In this document: positions 32,854 to 44,500 of the stretch, piece after piece
How the letters are laid out: every line of letters starts with the position of its first letter
Numbering within the stretch: the stretch's first letter is position 1
From: Paramoeba atlantica
Taxonomy: Eukaryota; Protista; Discosea
Direction: 5' to 3'
Assembly (NCBI GenBank): GCA_977017575.1
Contig: CDRNVI010000023.1
Coordinates: 124,001 to 188,000 of the forward strand
Length of the DNA: 64,000 nt
Made by a program: the position numbers and the translations under genes
The notes under the pieces: generated by a model
What the model was told of the DNA's origin: nothing
The model's input: only the letters and a program-made list of their open reading frames with translations
Databases searched by the model: none

Positions 32854-33805
32854 AGGCTCTTCGTTAAACGCGGTGGTTGTTTTCAACTTAGAAGTCACTC
32901 ATGCTGCGCGCTTCGCGTTGAAAACTACCGCCGCGTTTAACGAAGAGCCTAAAAAAGAAAATTTAGCCTGGAAAACGGAAAGATTATAGCCAAAAATAGC
33001 CGAATTTCGGGTAAAAATGGGGTGATTTTCGCGCATTTTTGCTCTCAGAGCACTAAATCCGACATTTGCGCGTGGGAAATCACTCGTAGGCATGAATGAA
33101 AGCCTACCGAACGTATTGGGTAGAGAATACGACTCCAACCATACCATTCTTTCAACACAAAAATGCCCCTTTAGGTCCGAAAAATACTTTTTCACCTTTT
33201 TTAGTCAAAATTGGTTCATTTTGAGGGGCGCACCACGGTTCGAAGAAGTGATACCTTGCGAAAACAACTGCGGAGAAAGCTAGTGTAGGTCCCAAACTAT
33301 CAAAATACAATAGGGGAAACGATTTTGGAAAAACATTTTTTTTCTTATTTTTTTCGCCAAGTTGAATTTTTTTTCAAAATGTTTTTTCCGAAAAAATCCG
33401 AACTTGGCGGACCCGTCCTGCGGATACGCGGGGGGGTCACCCCCGGTTAGGGGGGTGGAAAATGCGCGCCAAGACCCCGGCTACCCTTTCCGCGGTTTTT
33501 TTTCGAAATCTAATTTTTTCTAAAAAATTTGCTCGACCATGACCACCCCCCTGGACCCCCCCTGGACCCCCTCCCTGGACCCCCCCCTGGACCCCCCTCC
33601 TGGACCCCCCCCTGACCCCCCCCTGGAACCCCCCATGGACCCCCCATTTTTTTCAATTTTTTTTCAATTTTGGACCACCGGAGCCCCCTTTTATATTTTT
33701 TTCTTCTATTATATTACTGTGTTCCTCTTTATATTTTCACTGTTTTTGTTCACTTTGTTTTCAATAATCGAGGGTAGAGCGGTAGTTTTACAACCACCGC
33801 AATTA
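32854..33805 (-). mobile_element. Family A copy, core type 1, full length
   Basis: Reverse complement of 851-1759 with a longer (CCCCCCCTGGA)n block at 33541-33645. Confidence 0.88.
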
Positions 33806-34709
33806 AGTACAAGCTAGCCTGCTATTACCTATTAAATATTACACGCTATACATCAAAAACGGGGGGACAGTATATCAAAATGTAGTATACATGTACATGT
33901 AAACACTTTATACACTTTATACATATGCATTCAAAACTAATAGTAGTCGCTATATACAGAGTAGCCGCTAGTAACCACTGCCATATAACCGCCAGAGGAA
34001 AGAAAGCTTCTGACCAAAAAAGACCCAGCGGCGCGGGGCCGGTTCCGAAAATAAAGTACGCCTCCAAAGGACGAAACCCCTGCGATCGGCAGAATATGGC
34101 AGAATAGTGCCGCTTTGGCGGTGCCCCCCCTCTTAGTTGACGCATTCATTTTACTTCACATAGAGGAGAAAAAAACATAGAAAAATTAAAACTTATGAAA
34201 AGGGTATACGAATTGTTTTCGCTTTTTTTTTGCAAAAATCTGGTTTTCACGAGACTGTATACAACCGGTATGGGCACTGCGATCTGATTCAAAATATTTT
34301 TCCGGGGTTCTCTTCGTCCTGAAGCGCACAAATCCACTTTTATTTTCCTTCCGCGACTACTTTTTACCTGCTAGACTTTTGTCCCAATATCGATAATATG
34401 GGTCCGTACTATTGAGTGGGGTAAGGGTTTATAGTGTGAAATTGGATCTGAGAACAGAATTTTCGTAATCTGATTCAGTATTGTTCAATTCTAATCTCTT
34501 GACTGAACCAACTCTCACTCTTTCTTCTAATAATTTTTCAAAAGTTAAGTACCTTTGAGATAATGTAAGGTTCTCAAGATCATTAACGTCAGAAATAACA
34601 TACTTATGTTTATTCCTTGAGATATGAAGAACAAGTTCATCCAAATTAGTGTTTTTGGAGCTATTGTTTTTGGAGCTATTGTATCCACCCCTTTATAACC
34701 TTTAGCTTG

Positions 34710-35215
34710 AAATAATCAAAAAAATGGGCGGTTCATGAGGGGGGGGCGTACGTCGTTTTTTGAAATTTTCAAAATCGAGCGCAGGGAAGTGGTAGAGTAT
34801 GCCGCCGCGATAATTTTCCACCCCCCCCCACCTGGGGGTGACCCCCCCTGGTACGCGCAGGAGGGGTCCGACAAGGTCAAAATTCTCGAAATTTTTGGGA
34901 TGACCCAAAAGAATTTTTTGACCAATAGAAAAATTAAAAATATTATTTTTCCAAAATTGATTCCTAAGTCGTATTTTGAGAGTTTGGGACCTCATCTACC
35001 ATTCTGTGACGATTGTTTCATCAGATGCGCTTCCTAACCCTACTGGTAAAGGAAAATCTAGCTATTTCACCCAACGAAACTAATTCTTCGTGATCTTTTG
35101 GCAATTTTTCTTTTTTATGCTCTTCGTTAAACGCGGTGGTCGTTTTCAACGCGAAGCGCGCATCATGAGTGACTTCTAAATTGAAAACAACCACCGCGTT
35201 TAACGAAGAGCCTAA
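34710..35215 (+). mobile_element. Family A copy, core type 2, 5'-truncated
   Basis: Colinear with ~27025-27565; terminal hairpin ending gagcctaa. Confidence 0.8.
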
Positions 35216-35300
35216 ATGTGATGTCCAGCTTTACCTGTTTCACCATTCATCCGCAAGCAGCACAATCCTTTTGTATTTTACACATTTTACTCCCCACCCT

Positions 35301-36266
35301 ATGAACGAACACCCTCCCCTCCCCCCTGACCCTCCATTCGACACCGCCCCCGCCCTCACCTCCCGCGAAGCCCTCACCCTCCTCCACGCCAAAAAACGCA
35401 ACTACACCCGGCTGCTCTCCGACAAGGAGTACCGCTCCCACCCCGCCTACCGTGGTCTCGAGAACACCCTCTCCTACCTCGAGGCCATCCATCTCCAACG
35501 TCAACGATCCGACCCTCTCCCCGACTACGAAGCCGCCACCGCCCTCCTCTCCTCCGCACGGCTTCGACTTCTCCACCCCTCCCCCTCCCCTCCCTCTTCT
35601 TCTTTTCCCTCTCCCCCCTCCCCCCTTTCTTCTCCTTTTCCTAATGCATATGATCCATCGGATTCGAATCTTAATCCCAATCCCTCGGATCCCCTATCTA
35701 CTCATCTCTCCCCTGCCCCCCTCTCCGCGCTCCCCCCTTACGAGATCGCGTGTGTTCTCGAGCACAACCCCGGGGGCTATGCCTCGGCGGTTCGTCTCAT
35801 CCCCACCCTGCTGCGGTATCACCCCGGTGATGTCGTGTCGCTCCTGGTGGAGCTCGCAGCGGTGAGGGCAGGAGAGGCACGAAAGCGGGGAGAGCAGGGA
35901 GGGGAAGAGGGGGGGCGAGCACAAGGGGGTTCTTGGGCTTCTTCACGGGAGGAAGTAGAGAGTGTACACGCCCAAGGTGTCACGGCGGTGGAACAGGTGG
36001 TGAGTTACCACCCCCAGGACCCGATCTATTCGGGCTCGGGGGGTGGGGTTTCTGAGTTTGGAGAAACCAACCGATCGGGTGGGGGTACTCCAATGGGGTT
36101 GGAGAGTGCGGTTGAGGGGTTTCATCGACCGGATTTAGGGAGGCATTTGTTAGCGACCCACAGGGAGTGGGGAGCTTCTGGAATGTCCTCTGCTGGACAC
36201 CCGTTTTATGCCTCCTCGAATACAAATGTCTCGGAGGAGAGTATGGCGGAGAGGGAAGGCGAGTAG
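35301..36266 (+). CDS. RPB4/RPC17-like RNA polymerase stalk subunit with low-complexity extensions
   Basis: ALTSREALTLL, LENTLSYL, LPPYEIACVLEHNP..AVRLIPTL resemble the RPB4 pattern L..FE.A.L.NL.P..EA..LIPSL; the longer ORF start at 35169 lies inside element A. Confidence 0.55.
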   Translation: MNEHPPLPPDPPFDTAPALTSREALTLLHAKKRNYTRLLSDKEYRSHPAYRGLENTLSYLEAIHLQRQRSDPLPDYEAATALLSSARLRLLHPSPSPPSSSFPSPPSPLSSPFPNAYDPSDSNLNPNPSDPLSTHLSPAPLSALPPYEIACVLEHNPGGYASAVRLIPTLLRYHPGDVVSLLVELAAVRAGEARKRGEQGGEEGGRAQGGSWASSREEVESVHAQGVTAVEQVVSYHPQDPIYSGSGGGVSEFGETNRSGGGTPMGLESAVEGFHRPDLGRHLLATHREWGASGMSSAGHPFYASSNTNVSEESMAEREGE

Positions 36267-36735
36267 GGCGTGGTGTTGGGCGAAGAGGTTACAAAGATGT
36301 GTAGGGACCGGGAAAATGAAAAATGAGAAGTGAATACAACACGGAGAAAGTGTAGGGCTCAAAGGGTGGACGTCAGGACAGAAGGCATTCTGTACGAAAG
36401 GGGTAAGAAAGTCGGTGCCTGTTTCTTCCTTCGTGTCTGTCCAGCGCATCTATGCGCCAGCTACTCGCAACTAGTTTCCTCTCTATACGACGGACGTCAT
36501 GGCATTAAAAACTATGCAGTAAAGCCAAGAAAATACGACTGAAGAATATTTGTTCATATTGGCTTCTACGAAACGTCCATCGAATGTTTTCATAAGCCAT
36601 GTTTTCATATACTGCTCTAGCATGCGAGAATAATACTTTCCGGTTGCACATACGAAACTTTAGACTGTATGCACTAATGTAAAGTTTAGATTATAAAATT
36701 TGTATCGAACAATTGTGTATTGAAGTGTATTAATC

Positions 36736-37575
36736 TTGTTTTTTTCCATGGTAACACTATTTCAATACGTTCATAGTGAAGAGTGTCAACCGACGAACCC
36801 TTCCCGTGCAGCACGACCAGCCAAGATACGAGCCGTGTTGCTGCCACAGGAATACGAACTCGTACGCTTATTCGAAGAGGTGGAAAATCCACATCCTTCT
36901 TGGAACGTAGACACCCCCGCCAATGAGTGGGAAGCAATAAGAGGGTCTCCTTTGGGCACAGCCAGTATGTATTACCTGTACAATAGGGAAAAGTACGGAA
37001 ATGCGGTGCGAAAAATTTTTATTAACGGGCGCAAGCTCCGAGGTAAGCTGAATCTTCAGTACCTTCCATACTCTGTTGCTTGCTTTCACGCGGGAAATAA
37101 CTACTTCACAGGCGGAGCACAGCTAGACTCACTTCCCCCGTCCCTTGAATTCTTATACCTTTCTGCAAATCAGTTTGAAGGGTCGATTGATCTTTCTTCA
37201 CTACCGGAAAAGTTACAAATTTTGTCACTTGAACGGAACCATTTTTCTGGAAGTGTTTGTCTTAACCGTTTGCCAAACTCATTAAAACATCTCAATTTGA
37301 TGGAAAATGCTTTTGCAGGAACTCCTGATTTGCAGCAGTTGCCCTCCACGTTGATTTATCTCGATCTCTCAAAAAATAATTTCCACGGGTATGTGATACT
37401 AGATTCTCTTCCTGAAAGTATAAGTTTACACTTGAATAATAACAACGCGATCCACGGGGAAATCGAAGAGAAAATACTTCCTTGGGGTACACACGTCTCA
37501 ACAATGGGAACTAACGTTACTGTTCATAGACGCCCGAATCACGACAAGATCTCAAAACAGAAGGTACGGTTCTGA
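36736..37575 (+). CDS. LRR protein, GKV-motif family
   Basis: RPAKIRAVLLPQEYEL, PSWNVDTPANEW, about 6 LRRs; ATG at 36748 is the likely start. Confidence 0.88.
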   Translation: MFFSMVTLFQYVHSEECQPTNPSRAARPAKIRAVLLPQEYELVRLFEEVENPHPSWNVDTPANEWEAIRGSPLGTASMYYLYNREKYGNAVRKIFINGRKLRGKLNLQYLPYSVACFHAGNNYFTGGAQLDSLPPSLEFLYLSANQFEGSIDLSSLPEKLQILSLERNHFSGSVCLNRLPNSLKHLNLMENAFAGTPDLQQLPSTLIYLDLSKNNFHGYVILDSLPESISLHLNNNNAIHGEIEEKILPWGTHVSTMGTNVTVHRRPNHDKISKQKVRF

Positions 37576-37587
37576 ACGACACTGACC

Positions 37588-37790
37588 TACAGTCAGTAAA
37601 AAAACACTTTCCAAATGTTTCGAATTTTTTTCTTTTGTACAGCCATAGATTCAATACTAGTATCAGCGTTGCGCTGGTAATGTGTGCTAGTAGTGTAGGC
37701 ATGAGTGTTACTTAATAGTACTCATAGTTCATCTCAGTTCGCTCTACCAAAGGATTAAGAATGAATTAAACAAATAGTCGAAAAAAGCAC
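37588..37790 (-). mobile_element. Solo 3' end of the Tc1 element
   Basis: TA-cagtcagtaaaaaaa..gttgcgctggtaatgtgtgctagtagtgtaggcatgagtgt matches 30064-30260. Confidence 0.75.
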
Positions 37791-38179
37791 TTTATCACAG
37801 TTGATCTTCTGAGAAATGTCAATTACAATGGTTTGGCCTGCTGATGATTCAACTCAATCACAGGTAAGTATTTCGAACCATGCGCGTCCTTCTAAAGTCA
37901 GGGGTGCTATGCTACCGCAAGAGTACGAGCTAGTCCGACTATTCGCAGATGTGAAGAAGCCACATTACTCCTGGAATGTCAATACCCCTGCGTGTGAGTG
38001 GTACGGAATTAAATGGGAGAATCGATACAGCACACAAGTCTACAAAATCAATTTGAAATGGTTCCGCGTTGGGGGTAAACTCCATTTGACGTATCTACCC
38101 TACACTGTCACATATTTCTAAAGATACAGTTTCTTACAATAAAGATACAGTTTATTACCAGATACAGTTTATTACAATA

Positions 38180-38281
38180 AAGATACAGTTTCTGTACCTT
38201 GTTGGTACATTTTCCCTTTAGTTCATCTTTTCTTTCCCCGGCAACGGGCATAATCTTACTGTTTTATATGCCCGTTGCCGG
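38180..38281 (+). ncRNA. SL RNA (mini-exon) gene-like sequence, unit 1
   Basis: aaagatacagtttctgtaccttgttg|gtac matches the conserved 3' part of the kinetoplastid SL exon (..ACAGTTTCTGTAC..TTG|GT); downstream 15-bp perfect stem 38238-38281; canonical AAC 5' end absent. Confidence 0.6.
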
Positions 38282-38671
38282 CCGGCACTAAGGCCGAAAC
38301 TGTCCCTCTTTCTCGGAGAAGTAGGGGACGCGCTTCCACCCCATCACCCCTCCCCGGCTCACTCCTTGAGTGGGTTTTCTTCCCTCCCCGGCTTTCTTCC
38401 CTTCGCGCCCTTTTCTTCCCGGGGAGCCATGCGCCATGGTGGCCTCCCTTGAGGACCACTGGGCGTGGCTCTGCCTCGTCTTATCGCGAGGCAGCGGTCG
38501 GTTGCAGTGCGCCCCTCCGGCTGCGTAAAGAGAGGGCGAGTTGCCTGGACCCCCTCTACCGACAGTCCGAGCTAAACCCCCTTGGTGCGACATCCGTCAA
38601 TACGGAATGTGCCGATGATATCGGCTGTCGCATCAAGGGCTGTATCTCTGCGCCAACGAGCGCATGAACAT

Positions 38672-38774
38672 CAAAAGATACAGTTTCTGTACCTTGTTGT
38701 ACTTTTTCCTTAGTTCATCCTTTCTTTCCCCGGCAACGGGCATACTCTTACTGTATTTTCATGCCCGTTGCCGG
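38672..38774 (+). ncRNA. SL RNA gene-like sequence, unit 2 (splice donor damaged)
   Basis: caaaagatacagtttctgtaccttgttgtac, one G of the G|GT junction missing; 14-bp stem 38730-38774 conserved with a changed loop. Confidence 0.5.
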
Positions 38775-40053
38775 CCGGCACTAAGGTCGGAACTGTCCCT
38801 CTTGTCGCTGAAGCAGGGGACGCGCTTTCACCACTTCACCCCTCCCCGACTCACTCCCCTGGAGTGAGTGTGCTTCCCCCTCTCGGCTTTTTTTCGACTT
38901 GCCTTTTTCCTCTCCGAGAGGGCCATGCGTCACGGTGGCCTCCCTTGAGGACCACTAGACGTGTCCTCCGCCGACGAGACTCGGCTCTCTGCACCTGGCG
39001 GTCGCCCAGCTCTCCGCACCTCGGCTCTGTCGCAGCTCTCTGCACCCGGATTGCCCCCGAAACTGTAATATGGGGATTACGCATCCGGCTCTCTGCACCT
39101 GCACATGACAACCGAGCTCTCTGCACCTGGGACGTCAGCTCTCCGCACCCGCACACCTCCGGCGAGGACGAAACCTCACATGATCCACCCGTCGTATGCG
39201 GGATAAGGACATGGTGAGCAAATCTCTGCACTATAAGTGCATGATAAAACACGGGGCCACTAATGATTTTACTGGTACAGTATGTCTAGATTCACTCCCA
39301 TCTTCGCTTGAATACCTGAATCTTGCCACAAATCACTTCACAGGGCCAGTAAATTTGACATCCTTAACACAAAGTCTTCTTTATCTTTACCTTGAAGAGA
39401 ACAATTTTTCAGGGGATATTTGCCTTAGTCAATTGCCAAGGCGAATCAGTCACATCTGTCTCAACAATAATACTCTGACGGGCAAGCTGGAATTGCAGCA
39501 TTTACCACCTACGCTGCACTATCTTGGCCTTTCGGCGAATTTATTTCGCGGATATTTAAATTTCGACTCTCTTCATGGAATTCTGAGTCTCTATCTGGAC
39601 AACAACGAAGCACTTCACGGAGAACTACGCAAAGAAGACCTCCCGTGGGGTGCGTATCTTTCGGTGAGGGGTACTGGTATCACACTGCACCGGCGAAAAG
39701 AGCTTGCTTATCCATCGAAAAGAAAAGTACATTTTCCTTGCATGAAACTTTGACTGATTTAAATGATTTCCTGAATTGAGTTACTCAGATTAAACGGGGA
39801 CCCGGGGTAACATACTTGTAGCACCATAACATACCAGGGCCTATGTTACCGGGTGGTATCGTGAGCAAGGGGTAGATAACATACCCACCTCTGAATTTCG
39901 GGATTTCGTATGAAAACGACTTCCGCATCGATTAGGTGGTTAAAGGGTTACTTCATAACATTTATGATACTGATTTGCATTTATGGTCACTATTATCCGA
40001 AACATCTATCATTTGCGTTAGTTGTACAGAATTGATATTCTCTTACGTATTCA

Positions 40054-41220
40054 ATGGAGAGCCCTCCCTACAAACGTGCAAGATTGGGTAAGGTGCGTGG
40101 CGCGCTGCTTTGCCAGGAGTCCGAGCTTTCCATTTTCATTAGTAATATTGCTCATACACACGCTTCATGGAATCAGTCACAATCGTGCTGTAGTTGGAAA
40201 GGAATTCATTGCGATGTAAAAAATACGGCACGGGGACTCTCCTGGAATGCTCTGTCACTGCGTGGCAACTTTAGTTGGCATCATTTACCTAATAGTATCA
40301 AAACTTTTTCTTGTTTTTCAAATCCGGAGTTGCAAGGCTTAATACCAACTGACGCTTTGCCTCGAAACTTGACGACGTTTTTTGTTTCAGATTGCCACTT
40401 TAGTGGAAATTTTGTGATGCGAGACCTACCTTCGGATCTCCTACACCTAGACCTTGCGAATAACGGATGCTCGGGGCAGTTTGCATTTACTGAGATTCCA
40501 CGCGCTCTTCGAACATTTCACATTGTTGATAACCAGTTTAACGGCTTTTTCACCGATTGGAACGAATTACCAAGCAACCTAAACTCACTTGAATTGAATC
40601 GGAATAATTTTTACGGTACAGTCGATCTTTCCATGATTCGTGATGTCGCACCAGTGCTCAATTACTTGGATTTAAGCTCAAATAGATTTTCCGGGAATCT
40701 AGATCTCGAAAACCTACCTCATACTATGGCTGAACTTAACCTTGGGTACAACCAATTCACCGGAGAAGTAGTGTTGAGCAATCTACCGCAGAGACTTCTA
40801 GATCTGCGACTAATGAATAACCTATTAATCGGGGAAACAATGTTTTGTGGGCTTCCTCCGAGCTTGCAGAGGCTTGATTTGAGTAAAAATATTTTCCAAG
40901 GTAATGTTGATCTGAGCAGCCTTCCACTCAGTCTCATATATATTGACATAAGCCACAACGAATTTAGTGGCCTACTTGACGTGAGAAAACTTCCGCAACG
41001 TCTGCAAATTATTAATGTTAGTCATAACAAATTTCACGGAGAACTTGATTGGAAACATTTTCCTGAAGAACTAGAAATACTTTTTCTACAGAACAACAGC
41101 TTTGAAGGAGGTTTCGTACTCGAGCAGCTACCACCGTTTTTAGTAGAAATCAATATTAGGAACAACTTGTTTTCAGCTGATTTATGTGAACGTGTTGAGG
41201 AGCATGTGGCAAACGCCTGA
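40054..41220 (+). CDS. LRR protein, GKV-motif family (about 11 repeats)
   Basis: KRARLGKVRGALLCQESEL, SWNQSQSCCSWKGIHC, many LxxLDLSxNxFxGxxDL repeats. Confidence 0.92.
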   Translation: MESPPYKRARLGKVRGALLCQESELSIFISNIAHTHASWNQSQSCCSWKGIHCDVKNTARGLSWNALSLRGNFSWHHLPNSIKTFSCFSNPELQGLIPTDALPRNLTTFFVSDCHFSGNFVMRDLPSDLLHLDLANNGCSGQFAFTEIPRALRTFHIVDNQFNGFFTDWNELPSNLNSLELNRNNFYGTVDLSMIRDVAPVLNYLDLSSNRFSGNLDLENLPHTMAELNLGYNQFTGEVVLSNLPQRLLDLRLMNNLLIGETMFCGLPPSLQRLDLSKNIFQGNVDLSSLPLSLIYIDISHNEFSGLLDVRKLPQRLQIINVSHNKFHGELDWKHFPEELEILFLQNNSFEGGFVLEQLPPFLVEINIRNNLFSADLCERVEEHVANA

Positions 41221-41503
41221 AGAGTTCAATCGTCTTCCTGTATAAAATACATTAACAGTTCTTTAAGGTATTTCAGATTCTCAATTCTTATGCAGTATTT
41301 TCACCGTGCTTTTATTTGTAACTTATTTATTTGTGACTTATTCGTAACTACTACGAGTAACAGTGAACAAATAATTCGTTCCACCGCTTTTTCAATATGC
41401 TCTTACGTATGATATGCTTCTTCGTATTCTTAGACCTACAAAAAAAATGTCATATTCATGCTTGAGAGAAAAGTGACTTTTTAAAAATACTTCCTCAAAT
41501 ACA

Positions 41504-44500
41504 ATGGTTGACTCAAATCCTTTCAAAGGCAATAAGATGTCTTCATCGAGCGTATTCTCAGATAAACCAGATGAAAAGTCGAAGGCATCAAATCCATTTT
41601 TGAGTACATCCAGTGTTTCTTCTACAGGCGGATTTCATGGTCTCGTGCAGTTGAAAAACGCTATAGAAAAGAATGAAAACAAGTCAACTAAAAAGTTTAC
41701 ATCGGCCTTTACGAATTTTCCAAAGGACACGCCGGTACTTAGCACACATGATTATGTTGAGGAATTCGATATGCTCTCAGAGTCAGGAAGTGACACATTA
41801 TCTACAAAGTCTTCGAATCTATCACCTTCGGATTCGTTGTCTTTCACGGAGAATCAAATTCCTTCAATTGATCAAAAACTATCGCTGCGTTCCGACTCTA
41901 GCATGTTGTGTAGCACGCCAAATGCGAAGCATTCGACATCAGAAATATTGTTTGACAAAGTCGAAACTTCAATTTCTACCCTCAAAGGGCTTTCAGTAGC
42001 GGATACAGGACTAGGAAAGAGCTGCGAAGAAGGCCCACACATTGAATCAGAAAATGACAAGTGTATCAAATCACAAACTGCAAAGAACTTTGTATCTCAC
42101 GAGACTCTGGATGATATCCATCGGACGTCGAGCATGCCTTTTCAAGCGCCTTCCTCGTCCGCAGGCCTTGGCGGCTTTGGTTTGGCCATGCGGCTTGCAC
42201 AAAACCTTCAAGAGAAGAATAACAATAAAAATAGTAATGGCGAAATCCGGAATACATCGGCTTTTCGAGATTTCCCCCAGGCGGAGTCTGTTGCGTACTC
42301 TCCTCCATTCGGTTCTTTGAGCGACAGTGAGAGTTGCGCTTCCCAAAGTTTCTACGAGTCCGATGAAGATAGGACAACGCGGCACAGCTCTTCGATTTCC
42401 GAATTTATGGATGTCCTGACGCTGAAAGCGAACGAAGCAGAGATCCCAGGGCACGTCCTTGCGAATCCAGATCATCAAAAAACCCCCAGCAGCACGTCGT
42501 CTCAGTCGCTTGTGGGGCTTCATACACCAGAGCTAAGTCCCTATCCTGAATCAATTGAGATGAGCGAAATACGAAAAAGTTGGCTAAACGATACTCGATC
42601 AGGAGTTATTTCTGATTTTGTGCAGCTTTCCAGTTTTGATCAAGCGAATCTACAAGGTTTGGCTTCCGATTTGCAGCAGTCGTACTCCCCTTCGTCTGGA
42701 CATTTCACTGGAGATGCTCTCATAATCGCATCAGAGAATGTTTCCATAAAGAAGGAAATTTTCTCAGAGACAATGCTAGAGCCTTCAACTGAGCAATCAT
42801 TGGGTTCTAAGTGGAGTTCGCAAATAACACACCCTAGTGTGTTACATTCTGCCAACATGGAACTTGGAGAAGGTTCTGTGGAAGATAATCTGTGCAACGA
42901 AGGTATCCAATCTACTGTCTTTGATATAAATTCTATCAACCCTGTTAATAGTGCGAACGATCTTGATGAACGCACCGCATGGCTTGAGAACTTCTTAGAG
43001 ACTCTGTCGATTGATTCATCATCCGCAGAACCCACAGATACAAGGATGAGCTCCACGCTTGTCGATGAAATACGAAAGCGTAGCGTGTCACAGTGCTCGG
43101 AGCTACGAAATGTGTATCCTATCATGGAACAACGAACGGAATCGATGAATGCCCGCCTTGAAGCGGAACGGGACAAACTCCGCGAGACTCTTCGTGAAGT
43201 GCAGCGGATGCGCTCACGTGCCCCCTCGCTAGCCTCTGGTACACAAGCTCACTCGGTACGTAGCGTCAACTCGGCCATTTTAACACCATTTTTGGACGCA
43301 CAATCATCGCCCGCAGACACTAACTCACCTCGTGACAATGTTGTCTCTCGTCCTTTGGAAAAGGACGAAACAGCTACCAAAAGAGATTCCACCTTGCCGA
43401 GCTCTGGTGACTTTATGTTTGGATTTACTCAACTGTACCTTGGATCTGCTCATCCCGAACGTGCAACGACCTGGGAATCGCTAACCGAGGAATGTGGACG
43501 ACTATCGACACGTAGCAGTACGAAGGAAAGTGGGGAAGGCATCAGGAAAAAGCCAATTCCTAAATTTAAAGGCTTTCGAGTCCCTACGTCGGCGCCCGTC
43601 TCAGAGCACTCAAAGGCGACCGTTTCAAAGTCGAAACTACGACCATCGGAAAGCCGGGCCTCACAGACGGATGATGTGGATAAAGGCGTAAGTACAAACT
43701 TTCTGCATTACAAGGACAGCAACCGAAAGTCATTTGAAGAAAGCAGTCTCCAGAAAAGCGAAACATTGCCTTCTGAACAAATCTCGAAAAGTCCGAACGT
43801 AACTCGCAAACCAGACCACTCAGGTCGAGCCGCGATGCCTTCACTAGACGTATCTTCTATCAAGAGTTCACGAGAGGCATCGCCAGATCCTTTTCCACCT
43901 CCTTCGTCTCACTTTCGACAACAATTGGCAGTAAAGGGGTCAAAAATATTTACCGATAAAATACAAGTCGAACAACTGGAAACACGAAGCAACAAACCCG
44001 TGTCATCGTTAGCTTTAAACACGACTCAGGCTTTGGATTCAGCTGGCATGAGTACTCATTCCAGAGAGGATATGCGCTCTATTACTCCAACGGCAATACA
44101 GGGTAAAAAGGATGTCATTGCGCAGGAACTTTATGTCAAATCAGATAAAAAGGCCCCCGAAAAATCCACAGCGAGTACGCTATTGTCATCTTCTAAGGAA
44201 GTTGCTCTTTCTTTTGTTGAAAATACGACCAGTCTTTCGATTGGACAACAACTCGAAAACATAGATGAAACAGAAAACGCGACACCTTTTTCTGACGTAA
44301 ATTTTGCTGCTGGCACTAAAAAGATTTCGACCATTGAATTATCATCACATCTAGAGACGAAGGGTTCCAAGGATTCTGTCAATTCTTTTTCGAACAACCT
44401 AAAAAGTCAACTTAGCATCGCCAATACAGGTTCTTTGCTAGAACAAAAGGCTGAAACTCCATCGTTTTCTTCACAGGTACTATCCACTTTACTCCCAAAA

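Larger units (their letters stand above)
38121..39251 (+). mobile_element. Spliced-leader-derived dimeric insertion
   Basis: Three truncated (a)agatacagttt stutters, then two SL-headed units 492 bp apart, similar over ~285 bp; 7 copies of a (g)ctctYYgcacY motif at ~38983-39232; no TSD. Confidence 0.75.
37816..39753 (+). pseudogene. LRR gene (near-identical paralog of 25789-26595) split by a 1.13-kb insertion
   Basis: 5' part ends ..catatttcta at 38120 and resumes c-ggggccactaat at 39252; the intact paralog reads tttctatggggccact. Confidence 0.9.

Noticed and set aside
34146-34644. Degenerate - strand ORF pieces (MDELVLHISRNK.., DLCASGRREPRK..)
   Set aside because: Coding-like but broken, and no family recognisable
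38121-38180. SL stutters as products of repeated trans-splicing and retro-insertion (dinoflagellate-style SL relics)
   Set aside because: The fragments are 3'-truncated and do not start after an internal AG, and the full unit keeps the donor GT
39160-39195. gaggacgaaac as a hammerhead ribozyme core
   Set aside because: The required CTGANGA strand and closing stems were not found on either strand nearby
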